Below, piece after piece: positions 1-11,910 of a stretch of DNA of 64,000 bases. Position 1 is the stretch's first letter. Every line of letters begins with the position of its first letter. The position numbers and the translations under genes are program-made. The notes below the pieces were generated by a model. It worked only from the letters and a program-made list of their open reading frames with translations. It had not been told where the DNA came from and searched no databases. Origin of the DNA: an uncultured delta proteobacterium (lineage in GTDB: Bacteria > Desulfobacterota > Binatia > Binatales > Binataceae); contig CAVRVY010000004.1 of the NCBI GenBank assembly GCA_963724765.1, positions 1 through 64,000 of the forward strand, given 5' to 3'.

Positions 1-1
1 C

Positions 2-3000
2 GATGACGACTTCTTCGAACTGGGCGGCCATTCGCTGCTCGCCACCCGCCTGGTGGCGCGGATCTCCTCCGCGCTCGACGTCGAGGTGCCCCTCGGCACC
101 CTCTTCGAGCACCCGATGCTCGGTGCCTTTTCCGAGGCGGTCGATGCCCTCGCTGCGACCGGTCGTGGTGGCCCCCGGCTGCCCCCGGCCCGTCATGCCG
201 ACCGAGACCGACACCGGATCGGGCTCGCCGCGCTCGCTGACGACTCCACCGATGTCCTGGCAGCCGCCCTCGGGCACGTCGCCGACGGGCCCGGCGACGT
301 CGTCGTCTTCCCGGCCTCGTACGCCCAGGAACGCATGTGGGTCCTGGAACAGCTCGAGCCCGGCCGGGCCCTGTACAACGTCCCGGTCGCCCGACGTCTC
401 GTCGGACCGGTCGACGTGGAAGCACTCGGCCACGCCGTCCGGGCCCTCGCCACCCGTCACGAGGCCCTGCGGACCGCGGCTGGCCGACCGGGACGGCTTC
501 GTGGCACAGATCGTCCACCCCGAGGTCGAAGTGCCGTTCGCCGTCATCGACGTCTCCGACCAGGACGATCCGCGGGCGGCCGCCTTGGAGGCAGTGACCG
601 CCGATGCCCTCCGGCCATTCGACCTGTCCACGGCCCCGCTCGCCCGTGCCGTGCTGGTCAAGGTCTCGTCGGCCGAGAGCAGCTCCTCGGATGGGGTGGC
701 CGGGACCGACGAGTGGATGTTGTGCCTCACCGCCCACCATGCCGTCGTCGACGGCGTCTCGATCGACGTCCTGGTTCACGAGCTCCGGTCGGACTACGAC
801 ATCCGCATCTCCGGGGGGGCGCCCGTCGAAGGCGACAGGACCTCGATCGACTACGGGGACTTCGCCCTCTGGCAGCGGAGCCCGGAGATGGCCGAACTGG
901 AGAAGTCCGATCTGGACTACTGGCGCGACCACCTCCAAGGTGCGCCGTCGGCGGCTCCAGATCTCCCCTTCAACGCACGTCCGGCCCGCCCTGCACCGAC
1001 TGGATCGCGGTGGCTGGGACTTCCACCTGTTCTGCACCCTGCGGCGGGGAGTCACCCTCAAGGCATACGCAGCCCGTGTCAACTCGGTGACGCTCTTCGC
1101 ATGGCTGGATACCGGCCGGCTGGGGGCCATCCTCTGCCGTCGCGTCAGCGCCTGCCAGGACGGACGCGGTGAGATCGAGCCCGCAGTCCCACGGTTTACG
1201 CCTGTCCGAATTCCAGCCCGGCGGTGGCTATCTTCGTCAACACGCTGCCGCTGCGTGTCGGGTCTGGTGACTACCTGATGTTCGCACGACTTGTCCAACG
1301 CGTCCGCTCCACGTTGTTCTTCCAGGGCACGACGATTTATGGGTCCCCTTCGAGCGGATCGTTGACGACGTCGACGACCTGCGGGACCCGTCGCGTGATC
1401 CTGCGTTCCAGGCGCGCCGGCGACCCACCAGGCCGACCAGTCGATCACCGAGGCCTTCGGCGGAGCCGACGCCGTCCGAATCCCCATCGATTGGGGATGG
1501 TCGCGGTTCACCGACTTCAGCCTGGTCGTGATGGAGCACGATGACGGCATCGACCTCGGACTCGAGTTCAGTGGCGACCTACTGGAGGCGTCCACGGCGG
1601 AGCGGCTCTGCCACCATCTCGAGGGGATCCTCGCCTCCGGCGCCTCGGAGCCGGACACCCCGGTCTCGGAGCTCGGGTTCGGTGACGAGGAGATCGGGAC
1701 GATCCTCGACGTGTGGAGCGGCCGCTCCCTGCCTCCCTACCCGTCCACCAGCTGTCTCCATGAGGTCTTCGCCGAGCGGGCCGCCCGGTCACCCGACGCC
1801 GTGGCCGTCGATTTCGGCGACACCCGGCTGACGTACGCGGATCTCGACTCCCGGGCGAACCAGTTGGCCCATGCGCTCCAGGCCCGCGGGGTCGGCCGTG
1901 ACTCGATCGTGGCGATCCTCCTCGAACGGTCTCTCGAGCAGGTGGTCTCCATCTTCGGCGTGCTGAAGTCGGGGGGCGCCTATGTGCCCCTCGACGTCGC
2001 CTACCCCGACGAACGTCTGAATTCATGCTCCACGACGCCGGTGCGGCCATCGTGATCACTTCGCAGGATCTGGCCCATCGGGTCGCCGGAGCCGACAGGA
2101 GGTCCTCTGCCTGGACGCCGAGGCCGACCACCTCGACCTCCTCCCGACCGATGCACCCCCCACCGACGTCGGGCCCGACGACCTGGCCTACATCATCTAC
2201 ACCTCGGGGTCCACGGGCTACCCCAAAGGCGTGCTCGTCGGACACGCCAGTGCGGTGAACCTGGCGGCCGCCTGCGCGGAGGGTCTGAGCATCGACGCCA
2301 CCTCGCGGATGTTCCAGTTCGCGACCATCGCATTCGACGCCTCGGTATGGGAGATCTTCTCCGGACTGCTGGCCGGTGGGACGCTCTGCCTCACCACCCG
2401 TGAGGTCGTCGCCTCCCCGGAGGACCTGATCGCCTTCATGGACGAGGCACGCGTCTCCATCACGCTCCTGCCCCGTCTCTGCTGACCGCGGCACCGTTGG
2501 CCGCTCTCCCCCACCTGCGCACCCTCATGGTCGGGGGTGAGTCCGTCTCACCCGAGGTGGTCCGCAAGTGGAGCCGGCCGGGCCGTGACGTCTTCGACGT
2601 CTACGGACCCACCGAGACGACGGCGTTCGCACCTGGCTGCGCATCGACGTGGACGCCGACCGGAACGAGTCGCTGCCGATCGGGCGCCCGTTCCGCGGGG
2701 TCGAGACCTATGTGCTCGACACCCATTCGAAGCCCACACCGGTCGGCTGTCCCGGCGAGCTCTACATCGGCGGGATCGGCGTGGCCAAGGGCTACCTGGG
2801 TCGGCCCGAGCTGACCGCCGAGCGGTTCGTCCCCAATCCGTTCTCCGCGTCTCCGGAGCCCGCTTGTACCGCACCGGCGACTGCGTCCGCTGGCTCCCGG
2901 ACGGGACCCTCGAGTTCCGGGGTCGATTCGACGGTCAGATCAAGTTGCGCGGCTACCGTATCGAGCTCGGTGAGATCGAGCAGACCCTGGTCCGCCACGA

Positions 3001-3560
3001 GCGGATCCGCGAGGCGGTCGCCGTCGTCCGTGACGATGGCGACCGCCAGCTCGTCGCCTACGTGGTCTCCGCCGACGACGGCGACCTCACCTACGACGAG
3101 GTGCGCGACCACCTGCGCCGGACCCTGCCCGACTACATGGTTCCCTCCGCCGTCGTGACCCTCGACGCCATGCCGCTCGCTGCCAACCAGTTCAAGGTCG
3201 ACCGGAAGTCCCTGCCCGCACCGCCCCGTCGGTCGGCCCCGTCGACCACCTATGAGCCGCCCGAAGGTCCCGTGGAGGAACTGGTGGCCTCCGTCTGGTG
3301 CGACGTCCTGGCCATCGGGCGCATCGGGGCGAACGACAACGTCTTCGAGCTCGGGGGGAACTCCCTCGACGCGGCACGGGTGGTCTCCAAGCTCCGCAGC
3401 CAGGCCCTCGACATCTCCTTGCGCAGCGTGTTCGACGGTCCCACTGTCCGCGCCATGGCACGCGAGATCCTGGAGAGCCTCGCCGCTGACGAACCGTCCG
3501 ATCTGGAGCGAATCTCGCATCCGACGATCGGGAGCGTCCGTGATTCGGATGCGTGCTGGC
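2..3560 (+). pseudogene. NRPS, 5'-truncated by the window: T-C-A-T, broken by many frameshifts (likely sequencing errors)
   Basis: T motif DDDFFELGGHSLLATRL from nt 2; C domain ASYAQERMW and HHAVVDG; A-domain motifs [67 protein letters not shown]; second T motif DNVFELGGNSL. The pieces are spread over several frames and the 3' end is approximate. Confidence 0.9.
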
Positions 3561-3580
3561 CGTGGATGGCGACAGGGGCC

Positions 3581-5060
3581 ATGAGCAATCTCGGCGACCG
3601 TCTGGACAAGCTCACTCCGGAGAAGCGCGCACTCCTGGAGCGCCAGCTCCTGCAACGCCGGGCCGCGGTCCTGGCGGACCCCGGCAGGGACGGCAAGCTC
3701 CGCCGGCGGGGCCCGGACGACCCGCTGCTGCTGTCGTACTCCCAGCAGCAGCTGTGGTTCCTCCAGGAGTGGAACAAGGAGGGCGCCGCCTACAACGCCA
3801 GCCTCAACCTCCGGCTCGAGGGAGATCTCGACGAGGATGCACTCCGTCGCTCGTTCCAACTGATCGTCGAGCGCCACGAGACCCTTCGGACCGTCATTGC
3901 CGACGACGGCGGATACCCGTCGCCCGGCTCATCGAACAGCCGGTCTTCGACTTCCACGAGGTCGATCTCCAGGGGGAAGGGGCACGGAGCGACGAGGAGC
4001 TGGCCGTTGCCGTCCGCAGTGTGGTCCTCCAACCGTTCGACCTCAGCAAGGACCTGATGCTCCGGGTCGGTCTCATCCGGATCGGACCCGAGGATCGGGT
4101 GATCTGCATGGTGCTCCACCACATCGCCTGCGACGGTGGTCACGGGGCATCCTCTTCGACGAACTGACGGCGCTGTACATCGGGTTCACCTCCGGACACC
4201 CCGCCGAGTTGGCGGAACTCCCGGTGCAGTACGGCGACTTCGTCATGTGGCAACAGGAATGGCTGAGCGGTGCCGTCCTCAAAGGCGAGATCGACTTCTG
4301 GAGCGAGGAGCTGTCCGGGACCGACTTCGTGCTGGACCTTCCGACTGACCACGTGCGCCCGAGCGTGCTCACCTTCATCGGCGGTCGCCTGGGATTCACC
4401 ATCCCGGCTCCGGTGGCCGATCGCATGCGCAGCCTGGGAAGGGAGGAGCGGGCCACGATCTTCATGGTCGTCCACGCGGCCACCGGGATGCTGCTCAACG
4501 CCCTCACCGGTCAGGACGACTTCCTGGTGGGAAGCCCGGTGGGGAGCAGACGGTGGCCGGACACCGAGCCGCTGATCGGGTTCTTCGTCAACACGCTGCT
4601 GCTCCGGCTAAGGATGACCGGCGACCCCTCGTTCCGCGAACTCGTACGACGGTGCCGGGAGACGGCGGTGAGCTGCTACGCACACCAGGACATCCCCTTC
4701 GAGCGCATCGTGCAGGCACTGCGCCCCAAGCGCCACCCCGATCGCAATCCGCTGTTCCAAGTGAACCTCAGAATGCAGGGGCCCTCGCCTGCTCCACCCG
4801 AGCTGCCCGGACTGCGAGCCTCACGGGTGAGCGTCGGTCTCGGATCGTCCCGGTTCGACCTGGCCCTCGGGTTCGTCGATGCACCTGGCGAACTGGAAGG
4901 CTACGTCGAATACAACTCGGCACTGTTCGAGGGCTCCACCATCGAACGATGGATGACCGCCTTCATCGAGGTGCTCGCCGTGGCGTGCGAGAACCCCGAT
5001 CGGCCACTGTCCGAGTTGGCGGCGGCACTACGGGAACAGGCCGGAGTCACCCTCCCCTAG
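3581..5060 (+). CDS. Free-standing NRPS condensation-domain protein with N-terminal docking-like helix (frameshifts near 3920 and 4138)
   Basis: ATG at 3581 gives MSNLGDRLDKLTPEKRALLERQL; LSYSQQQLWFL, RHETLRT, HHIACDG, LPVQYGDF, LIGFFVNTL, HQDIPFE. Stop at 5060 with no A domain following. Confidence 0.8.
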
Positions 5061-5078
5061 CCGCCGCGACCGGCGGAG

Positions 5079-5807
5079 TCAGCCTGCCGTCACCCTGTCG
5101 ATCGCACCCGAGAGCCGGGCTATGACGGTGGGATGGAACGTATTGTCGAGCACCGGAGTGACCTGCCATGCCGGGTCGTCTTCGAAGAGTTCGGCGAATT
5201 GCGCCATGTAGTACACGAGGGTGATGTCGGCATCCGGGCCTCGCAGATTCGTCAAATGATCTTTGAACTTCTCCGTGACTTCACGATTGAATGGATTGAA
5301 GATGAAGAAGATGGTTCCATCTTCGGGAATCAGATCGAACGCGTCGCCGCAGAGGATGTCGACGTTGGGGAACCGCTCCAATCGGCGGCGGGCGAACTCG
5401 GCCCACCGCTCGTCGATCTCGATCCCGACCATGTGGTTGCGAAGGCCCCGATGGAGCCAGTAGTTCAGGACCCTGCCCTTGCCGCACCCCACATCGACCA
5501 GGACATCGGACTCGTCGATGTGCACATTGTGCTCGAGGAATGCCTTGCCGACGTAGTAGTACTGGATACTCGACGTACCGCGGTAGCCCCGATCATTCCA
5601 CCGGCTGTGATACGTCCCCCCGCAGCGCCCTCCATACTGCTCATCGATGAGAAAATCTCGAATGGTTTCGATTCCATACCGCGGCTTCGTGACTCGCAGA
5701 CTCCAGCGCCATTTGAGGTGCTCGATATCAGTGATATGGGTCAGATCACGACGGATCCGGGCCCAGGTCCATTCCCGTTGAGGCGCCCGATCAGGATCCG
5801 AAGGCAT
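5079..5807 (-). CDS. Class I SAM-dependent methyltransferase
   Basis: Motif I VLVDVGCGKGR, GIEID, CGDAF, FFIFNPF. Confidence 0.85.
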   Translation of the reverse strand: MPSDPDRAPQREWTWARIRRDLTHITDIEHLKWRWSLRVTKPRYGIETIRDFLIDEQYGGRCGGTYHSRWNDRGYRGTSSIQYYYVGKAFLEHNVHIDESDVLVDVGCGKGRVLNYWLHRGLRNHMVGIEIDERWAEFARRRLERFPNVDILCGDAFDLIPEDGTIFFIFNPFNREVTEKFKDHLTNLRGPDADITLVYYMAQFAELFEDDPAWQVTPVLDNTFHPTVIARLSGAIDRVTAG

Positions 5808-6129
5808 TGTCCTACGATAGTCAGCCGCAGTTCAATTGGGCAAGATCTTGGCTATCAATTTCCGCCATTCACGCCCTAGGTCTTTCGGACTTCATCGAGC
5901 ACGCTGAGCGGTTACCGAACAGGCCGCCTCCACTGCGAATCGAAGCCGTCACATCGGGTCAAATGTGGTCGCCAGGCACGGTTTCACCCGAACAACTGGC
6001 CGCCGCTGGCCTTCTGCGGACCCAACGGCACCAAGATTGACGAGTAATTCGACACGGTGTCCGCAGGTCGACCGATGACAGCGTGACGCTGCCTGTGGGA
6101 AGATATCGGAGGCGGAATCTCCACTCGAC

Positions 6130-9100
6130 GTGAAGGAACTACGCGGAATGTCGGACCCGACTCGGGGGGCAAATGAGGGGGCTTCCCTCGAATTTGAGGG
6201 GGTCGACTGGTGGCATGCCTATCTCCGCGGCGCCCCGGAGCAGTTGGAGCTGCCCTTCGACCGGGGTCGGCCGACGGCGCTGGGCACAGACCGGCGCTCC
6301 ATCTCGGTACCGATTGATTCACGAACCACCGGCGACGACCTCCTGTCGGCTGTCGTTGCGACCCTCTTCCGGCAGACCGGTGAAGAGGACATCGTGGTCG
6401 GCGTCGACTCGGTCGACGGCGTCCGCCCCGTGCGAGTGTCCATCGAGTCGACCACCACCGCCGACGTTCTGCGGAAGGCGGTCAGCGACGGGCTGGCCGA
6501 GGTGGCGGCACACGGGCCTCCCGAACTCGACGGGCTGGCTCGCGCCCTCGGTTCGAAGACGGACCCGAGCCATGCCCCCGTCGTCCAATTCGTCGTAGGC
6601 AGTGGTAGGCCAGGGCGGTCGGGGTTCCCGTCGACATCGCGGTGACGCTGTCATCGCACGACGGGGTACTCGCGGCTGGAGTGGGCGTACAATCCGGAAC
6701 TCTTCACCGAGACGACCATCGGTCGGATGGCCGGGCGGCTGTCCCGGGTGGTCGCCCAGATTCTGGATGACGGGAGCACCACGGTCGCTGAGCTCGAGTT
6801 GCTCGACGACGCGGAGCGCGGGTACCTCCTGCATGACCTGAACAAGACGAGCAACGGGTACGTACCGTCGACGATTGTGGCCCGATTCCTCGAGCAGGTC
6901 CGGATCCGGCCGGATGCCCGAGCAGTCCAACGGGGTACGACGTCGTTGACCTATCGCCAACTCGACGAGCGGTCGACACACCTGGCGAGCTATCTGCGCG
7001 CGCTCGGCGTGCAAACGGGTGATCGGGTGGGTGTGTTCTGCGACCGTTCGACTGACCTTCTGGTCGCGTTGATCGGTGTCATGAGGTCGGGTGCGGCCTA
7101 CGTGCCGGCCGACCCCGGCTATCCCGCCGATCGCATCGCCTACATGCTGGCGGACGCCCAGGTGGCTGCCGTGGTGACTGAGGACGGGCTGAAGGGCCGC
7201 CTACCCACACTCGAGGCACCGACCGTCCTCGTCGACGCCGACTGGGCCGAGATCGAAGCCTCGGTCCGGCACGACCTGCCGAGACGACACCCCAACCCGA
7301 CGACCTCGCCTACGTCATCTACACCTCCGGGTCCACCGGGCGACCCAAGGGCGTCATGCTCGAACATGCCGGCGTAGTCAACCTGCTCGATGAGATGGCC
7401 GGTCACCCTGGACTCGCTCCCGGTGAGGTGATGGTGGGACTCACAACACCTGCGTTCGACCTCTCCGTGCCGGACCTCTTCCTGCCCCTCGTGACCGGCG
7501 CCACCCTGGTCCTCGCCCCAGCCGACGACGCCCGGGACCCGCGCGCCATCGCCCGGCTGCTGGACGAGGTCGGTGCCGACCTGGTCCAGGCGACGCCCGC
7601 CACCTGGCGCATGCTGTGCGAATCGGGATGGGTCGGCAGGCCCGGTCTGCGAACGGTCTGCGGGGGAGAGGGGTACGGCGCCGAGCTGGCCACCGCTCTA
7701 CTCGAGCGGGTGGCCGAGGTATGGAACTTCTACGGGCCTACCGAGACAACCGTCTGGTCCGTCTCGACCCGGCTCGACCCGGACGTCACCGATCCACTCC
7801 CCATGGGTCGACCGATCGCCAACACGACCTGCTACATCCTCGATGAACAACGTCGTCCACAGCCCCTCGGGGTGCCCGGCGAGCTCTATATCGGGGGTGT
7901 CGGTCTGGCCCGCGGCTATCTCGGGCGGCCAGACCTTACCGACGAACGATTTGTCGCCGACCCGTTTACCGAGGTTGGGGACGGCCGGATGTACCGTACC
8001 GGTGACCTCGTCCGCCAGCGCGAGGACGGCACACTGGTGTTCATCGGTCGGACCGACCACCAGGTGAAGCTCCGGGGGTTCCGCATCGAGCTCGGAGAGA
8101 TCGAGTCGGCCCTCGCGGCGCAGCCGGGCATCGCCCAGGCTGTGGTCACCATGCGCGAAGACCACCCCGGTGACCGGCGCCTCGTCGCCTATGTGGTGTG
8201 GACGTCAGCAGATGCATTCGACGAAGCCGCACTCTCCGCCGAACTCGGACGCCGCCTCCCGGCATACATGGTCCCGAGCGTTATCGTGGCTTTGAACGAA
8301 TTCCCCCTGACTCCCAACGGAAAACTTGACCGCAAGGCTCTGCCCGTGCCCGGACATCGCGTGTCGAATGTGGCAGCCGTGGCGCCGCGCAATAGCCGGG
8401 AGGCGCAACTGCTCGCCCTGTGTCACGAGGTGCTCGGTACCGACGCCTTCGGGGTGACGGACAACTTCTTCGACGTGGGGTTCGAGTCGATCATGGCGGC
8501 CCGTCTGTTCACCCGGATCGAGCGTACGTTCGGCGTCGAGCTCCCCTTGGCCACCGTGTTTCAGGCACCTACCGTGGCCGGACTGGCCCAACTCCTTGGC
8601 GATACATCCGCCCTGGTGCGTGGAGCCGAGTGGTCGGCACTGGTGCCCATCGCCGGAAGTGGGACCGCCCCGGCGTTCTTCGCCGTCCACGGTGGGGCCG
8701 GCACGTCCCTGCTCTACCAGCCGCTCGCACGTCTGATGGGCGACCAGCGACCGTTCTACGGAATCCAGGCGGTGGGCCTCTACGGCAGGGAGTCCCCACA
8801 GACGTCGGTGGAGGACATGGCCTCCCGTTACATCGCCGAGATGAAGTCGGTCCAGTCATCGGGTCCCTATGCCCTCGGTGGTTACTGCTTCGGCGGTCTG
8901 GTCGCCTACGAGATGGCCACCCAGCTGCTCGCACATGGTGACGAGATCGCACTCGTTGCCATGTTCAACGCACCGTCGGCCACCTACAACCAGCGATTCA
9001 ATCCCGTATTCGACAACGAGGGTGCGTTGACCGACGACCAGGGATCGATGAAGCAGCGGGTCGATCGCTCGCTGCGCGGGAGCATCGACCGACAGATCCG

Positions 9101-9590
9101 GGAGACCGCCGGGCTTCGTATGCCTCAGAGGATCTCCGCTGTCGCACGGGCATTCGGCGAGCGAGCTTCAGTACCGCTCGGCGCTGCGTACCACCGTAGC
9201 GAGGTCACCCTCGCCGTTCGCCTTCACCGACCGCTCCCCGATCACCTCCGCGAAGCCAATGTCTTTCAGCGAATCGCACGGGGAGCCCAGGACCGCTACG
9301 TGCCACCCCGCGTCGACGTGCCCATCGTCGTCTATCGGGCCGAGGGCCTCTACTACGAGCCGGCCCTCGGGTGGGACGAGTACTCACCAACAATCCTCGA
9401 CTGTGTCGAAATAAGCGGCGAACAACCGGTTCCACGGCGTACAATGAGGGAGCCGTGGGTGTCGCAGATCTCCCAGCACCTGATTCCGCTTCTGGCTAGA
9501 CGCATTCCGGACGGACCTACGGTCACCAACCCAGCCACGGGGCACGCCTCGTCTGACCCCACGACCCAGGAACCGGCGCGCTCGTCATGA
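6130..9590 (+). CDS. NRPS: partial C - A - T - TE (frameshifts near 6620-6650 and 7285)
   Basis: C-terminal half of a C domain (WWHAYLRGAPEQLELPFDRGRP, LEWAYNPELF); A motifs YVIYTSGSTGRPKG, NFYGPTE, YRTGD, LTPNGKLDR; T motif DNFFDVGFES; TE motif FFAVHG...GGYCFGG. Confidence 0.88.
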
Positions 9591-10441
9591 TCGACATCGA
9601 CACCATCCCTGAGGACCCACCGACCGCCCTCCGATACCGCCGGAAGGTGGGCGTGATCTCCTCGTCTGTCGCCTTGTGGCGCAATCGCGAGATCGTTCGC
9701 AGCCTCACCGATCGGGACTTCCGGGCCCGCTACAAGCAGGCCGTGCTCGGGTTCGCGTGGGCGATCATCAACCCGCTGATCCTCGTGTTGGTCTTCACCT
9801 TCACGCTCGGCCGGATCACCGACGTCCATACCGAAGGGGTTCCGTACTCGATCTGGGCCTACACCGGACTGGTGGCCTGGACGTTCTTCGCCGGAGCGGC
9901 GACGTGGGCCTCCACCTGCCTCGTCAACAACCAGCCGCTCCTGAACAAGGTCAACTTCCCCCGCGAGTCGTTCCCCATATCCGCGGTCGGGCTCTCCGCG
10001 CTGGACACCTCGATCTCGTTCATCGGCTTGGTGGCCTTCTTCGTGTACTTCCGCTTCGTTCCCAAAGAGACGGTCTACTGGATCCCGGTCATCTTCCTCG
10101 TGCAACTCGCGTTCACCATCGGGATCTGCCTCATCCTCTCCATCGTGGTCGTGTATCTCCGAGACCTGCGCCAGATCACGCCGATCCTCATCCAGATGGG
10201 ACTGTTCGCTACACCGGTGGCCTATCCCATCACCCAACACATCGCGCAGCCGTGGCGCACCGTCTACTGCACACTCAATCCCATGGCGCCTGTCATAGAC
10301 AGCTACCGACGCGTCATCCTCTACGGTCAAGCTCCGCAGTGGCAGTATTTCCTCCCCGGCGCGGCGATGGCACTCTTCCTCCTGGTCGGTGGGCTTCGCC
10401 TCTTCAAGAGACTCGAAATCGGAATTGCCGACCTCATCTAA
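9587..10441 (+). CDS. wzm: ABC-2 polysaccharide export permease (Wzm/RfbA-like)
   Basis: RDFRARYKQAVLGFAWAIINPL, KVNFPRE, ATPVAYP, LNPM; about six hydrophobic segments; its start overlaps the NRPS stop (ATGA). Confidence 0.88.
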   Translation: MIDIDTIPEDPPTALRYRRKVGVISSSVALWRNREIVRSLTDRDFRARYKQAVLGFAWAIINPLILVLVFTFTLGRITDVHTEGVPYSIWAYTGLVAWTFFAGAATWASTCLVNNQPLLNKVNFPRESFPISAVGLSALDTSISFIGLVAFFVYFRFVPKETVYWIPVIFLVQLAFTIGICLILSIVVVYLRDLRQITPILIQMGLFATPVAYPITQHIAQPWRTVYCTLNPMAPVIDSYRRVILYGQAPQWQYFLPGAAMALFLLVGGLRLFKRLEIGIADLI

Positions 10442-11672
10442 GGGACACATCCGTGTCGAACGCGTATGGAAGCGCTTCCGCGTGGACCGGAAACGTCCGG
10501 AACTCGCCGAGCAGTTCGCCCTGCTCATGGGCAGGATCAATCGATCCAATCCCTGGCGGTGGGTGCTGCGCGACATCGATTTCGAAATCCAACCGGGCGA
10601 CGCCGTGGGCATCGTGGGCATCAACGGAGCCGGCAAGACCACCCTGCTCAAGATCCTGACCCAGGTGATGTACCCGACGTCGGGCAAGGTGGACCTGACA
10701 GGCAAGGTCGGGGCACTCATCGAGCTCCGGGGCGGGATGCATCCCGACCTCTCCGGTCGGGAGAACGCACTCCTCTACGGATCGCTTATGGGACTCGGTC
10801 GCAAAGAGGTCGTCCGACGGTTCGACGACATCGTAGACTTCGCCCAGCTGGCCGGGGCCATCGACCGACAGGTGAAGTTCTTCTCGAGTGGAATGCAGAT
10901 GCGCCTGGGGTTTGCCATCGCCGCGTTCATGAACCCGGACGTCCTCCTGGTCGACGAAGTCCTGGCCGTCGGTGACGCGTGGTTCCAGCAGCGCTGCCTC
11001 GACCGGATCCGCGACGTGCTCCAGCAGGGCACGACGCTGGTCCTGGTCTCCCACGACCTCGCATCGGTGGAGTCGGTGTGCCGACGGGGGCTCTGGATCC
11101 GCAACGGCATGCTCAATGCCGACGGTCCCATCCGCGACGTACTCGCCGGCTACCGGAAGTCCGTCGAGGAATTCTCGTTCGAGAACCTCAGCCACGGCGG
11201 CATCGTGCGCATCGTCGAGGTGCAGCTCAACGAATCCGGCAACCCCATTTTGGAATCACACGGATTCCTCAACATCCAGCTCCTACTCCAGGCGTTCGAG
11301 CGTGAACGCGGACGGCTCTACATCGGGGTGAGCGAGGGCCCCGGCACACCCACCTTCCTCGTCTCCACCGAGATCATCCTCGATGAGGGCGATACGACGG
11401 TCCGGTGCCACATCGACAACATTCCCCTCCCACGCGGCCGTTACTTCGTCTGGATCTGCATGGAGGCAGTCGACGACCGCAAACTGATCCCGTGGCACCC
11501 GGCGGCCACCTTCGAGGTGTTCGGTTCGGACCTCGACTGGGCCCCCCTGGGCATCGTCCGGTTGTCGTCCGTTCACGTGAAGAGCGACTGGTCCCAAAAG
11601 GCCGGCTTCCCGATAGACACCACCGTGGTCAGCGACGACGAGTCAGGGCGCCCGGCGTCACCTGTCGAGTGA
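10425..11672 (+). CDS. wzt: Polysaccharide ABC exporter ATP-binding protein with C-terminal Wzt_C-like domain
   Basis: Walker A GINGAGKT, FSSGMQMRLGFA, VDEVLAVGD, VSHD; a ~170-aa C-terminal extension. TTG start inferred, overlapping wzm. Confidence 0.88.
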   Translation: MPTSSKGHIRVERVWKRFRVDRKRPELAEQFALLMGRINRSNPWRWVLRDIDFEIQPGDAVGIVGINGAGKTTLLKILTQVMYPTSGKVDLTGKVGALIELRGGMHPDLSGRENALLYGSLMGLGRKEVVRRFDDIVDFAQLAGAIDRQVKFFSSGMQMRLGFAIAAFMNPDVLLVDEVLAVGDAWFQQRCLDRIRDVLQQGTTLVLVSHDLASVESVCRRGLWIRNGMLNADGPIRDVLAGYRKSVEEFSFENLSHGGIVRIVEVQLNESGNPILESHGFLNIQLLLQAFERERGRLYIGVSEGPGTPTFLVSTEIILDEGDTTVRCHIDNIPLPRGRYFVWICMEAVDDRKLIPWHPAATFEVFGSDLDWAPLGIVRLSSVHVKSDWSQKAGFPIDTTVVSDDESGRPASPVE

Positions 11673-11910
11673 CGGAATCGATAGTGGTGGGGACGCGCGG
11701 TGCTTCCGGCCCGTTGGCCCGCCCCGATGGTTCGACCGCGGCAGAAGCGTAGAGTGCACCACAGTCGGCGGCGAGCCGACCTGATGGACATCACAACTCC
11801 GGCTCGAGCGTGGCGCCCTACATGGTGCCGCCGACAACGGAACTGTGTCGGCACCCGCGCACATCCGATTCAGGTAGACCGGCTGACGAATCCGACGTCC
11901 ACCTTCATGG

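Noticed and set aside
2-7400. NRPS frameshifts as programmed recoding or true pseudogenisation
   Set aside because: More than ten scattered indels and garbled stretches with otherwise intact motifs, decreasing away from the left edge; low-coverage long-read error is more likely. The pseudogene label is nominal.
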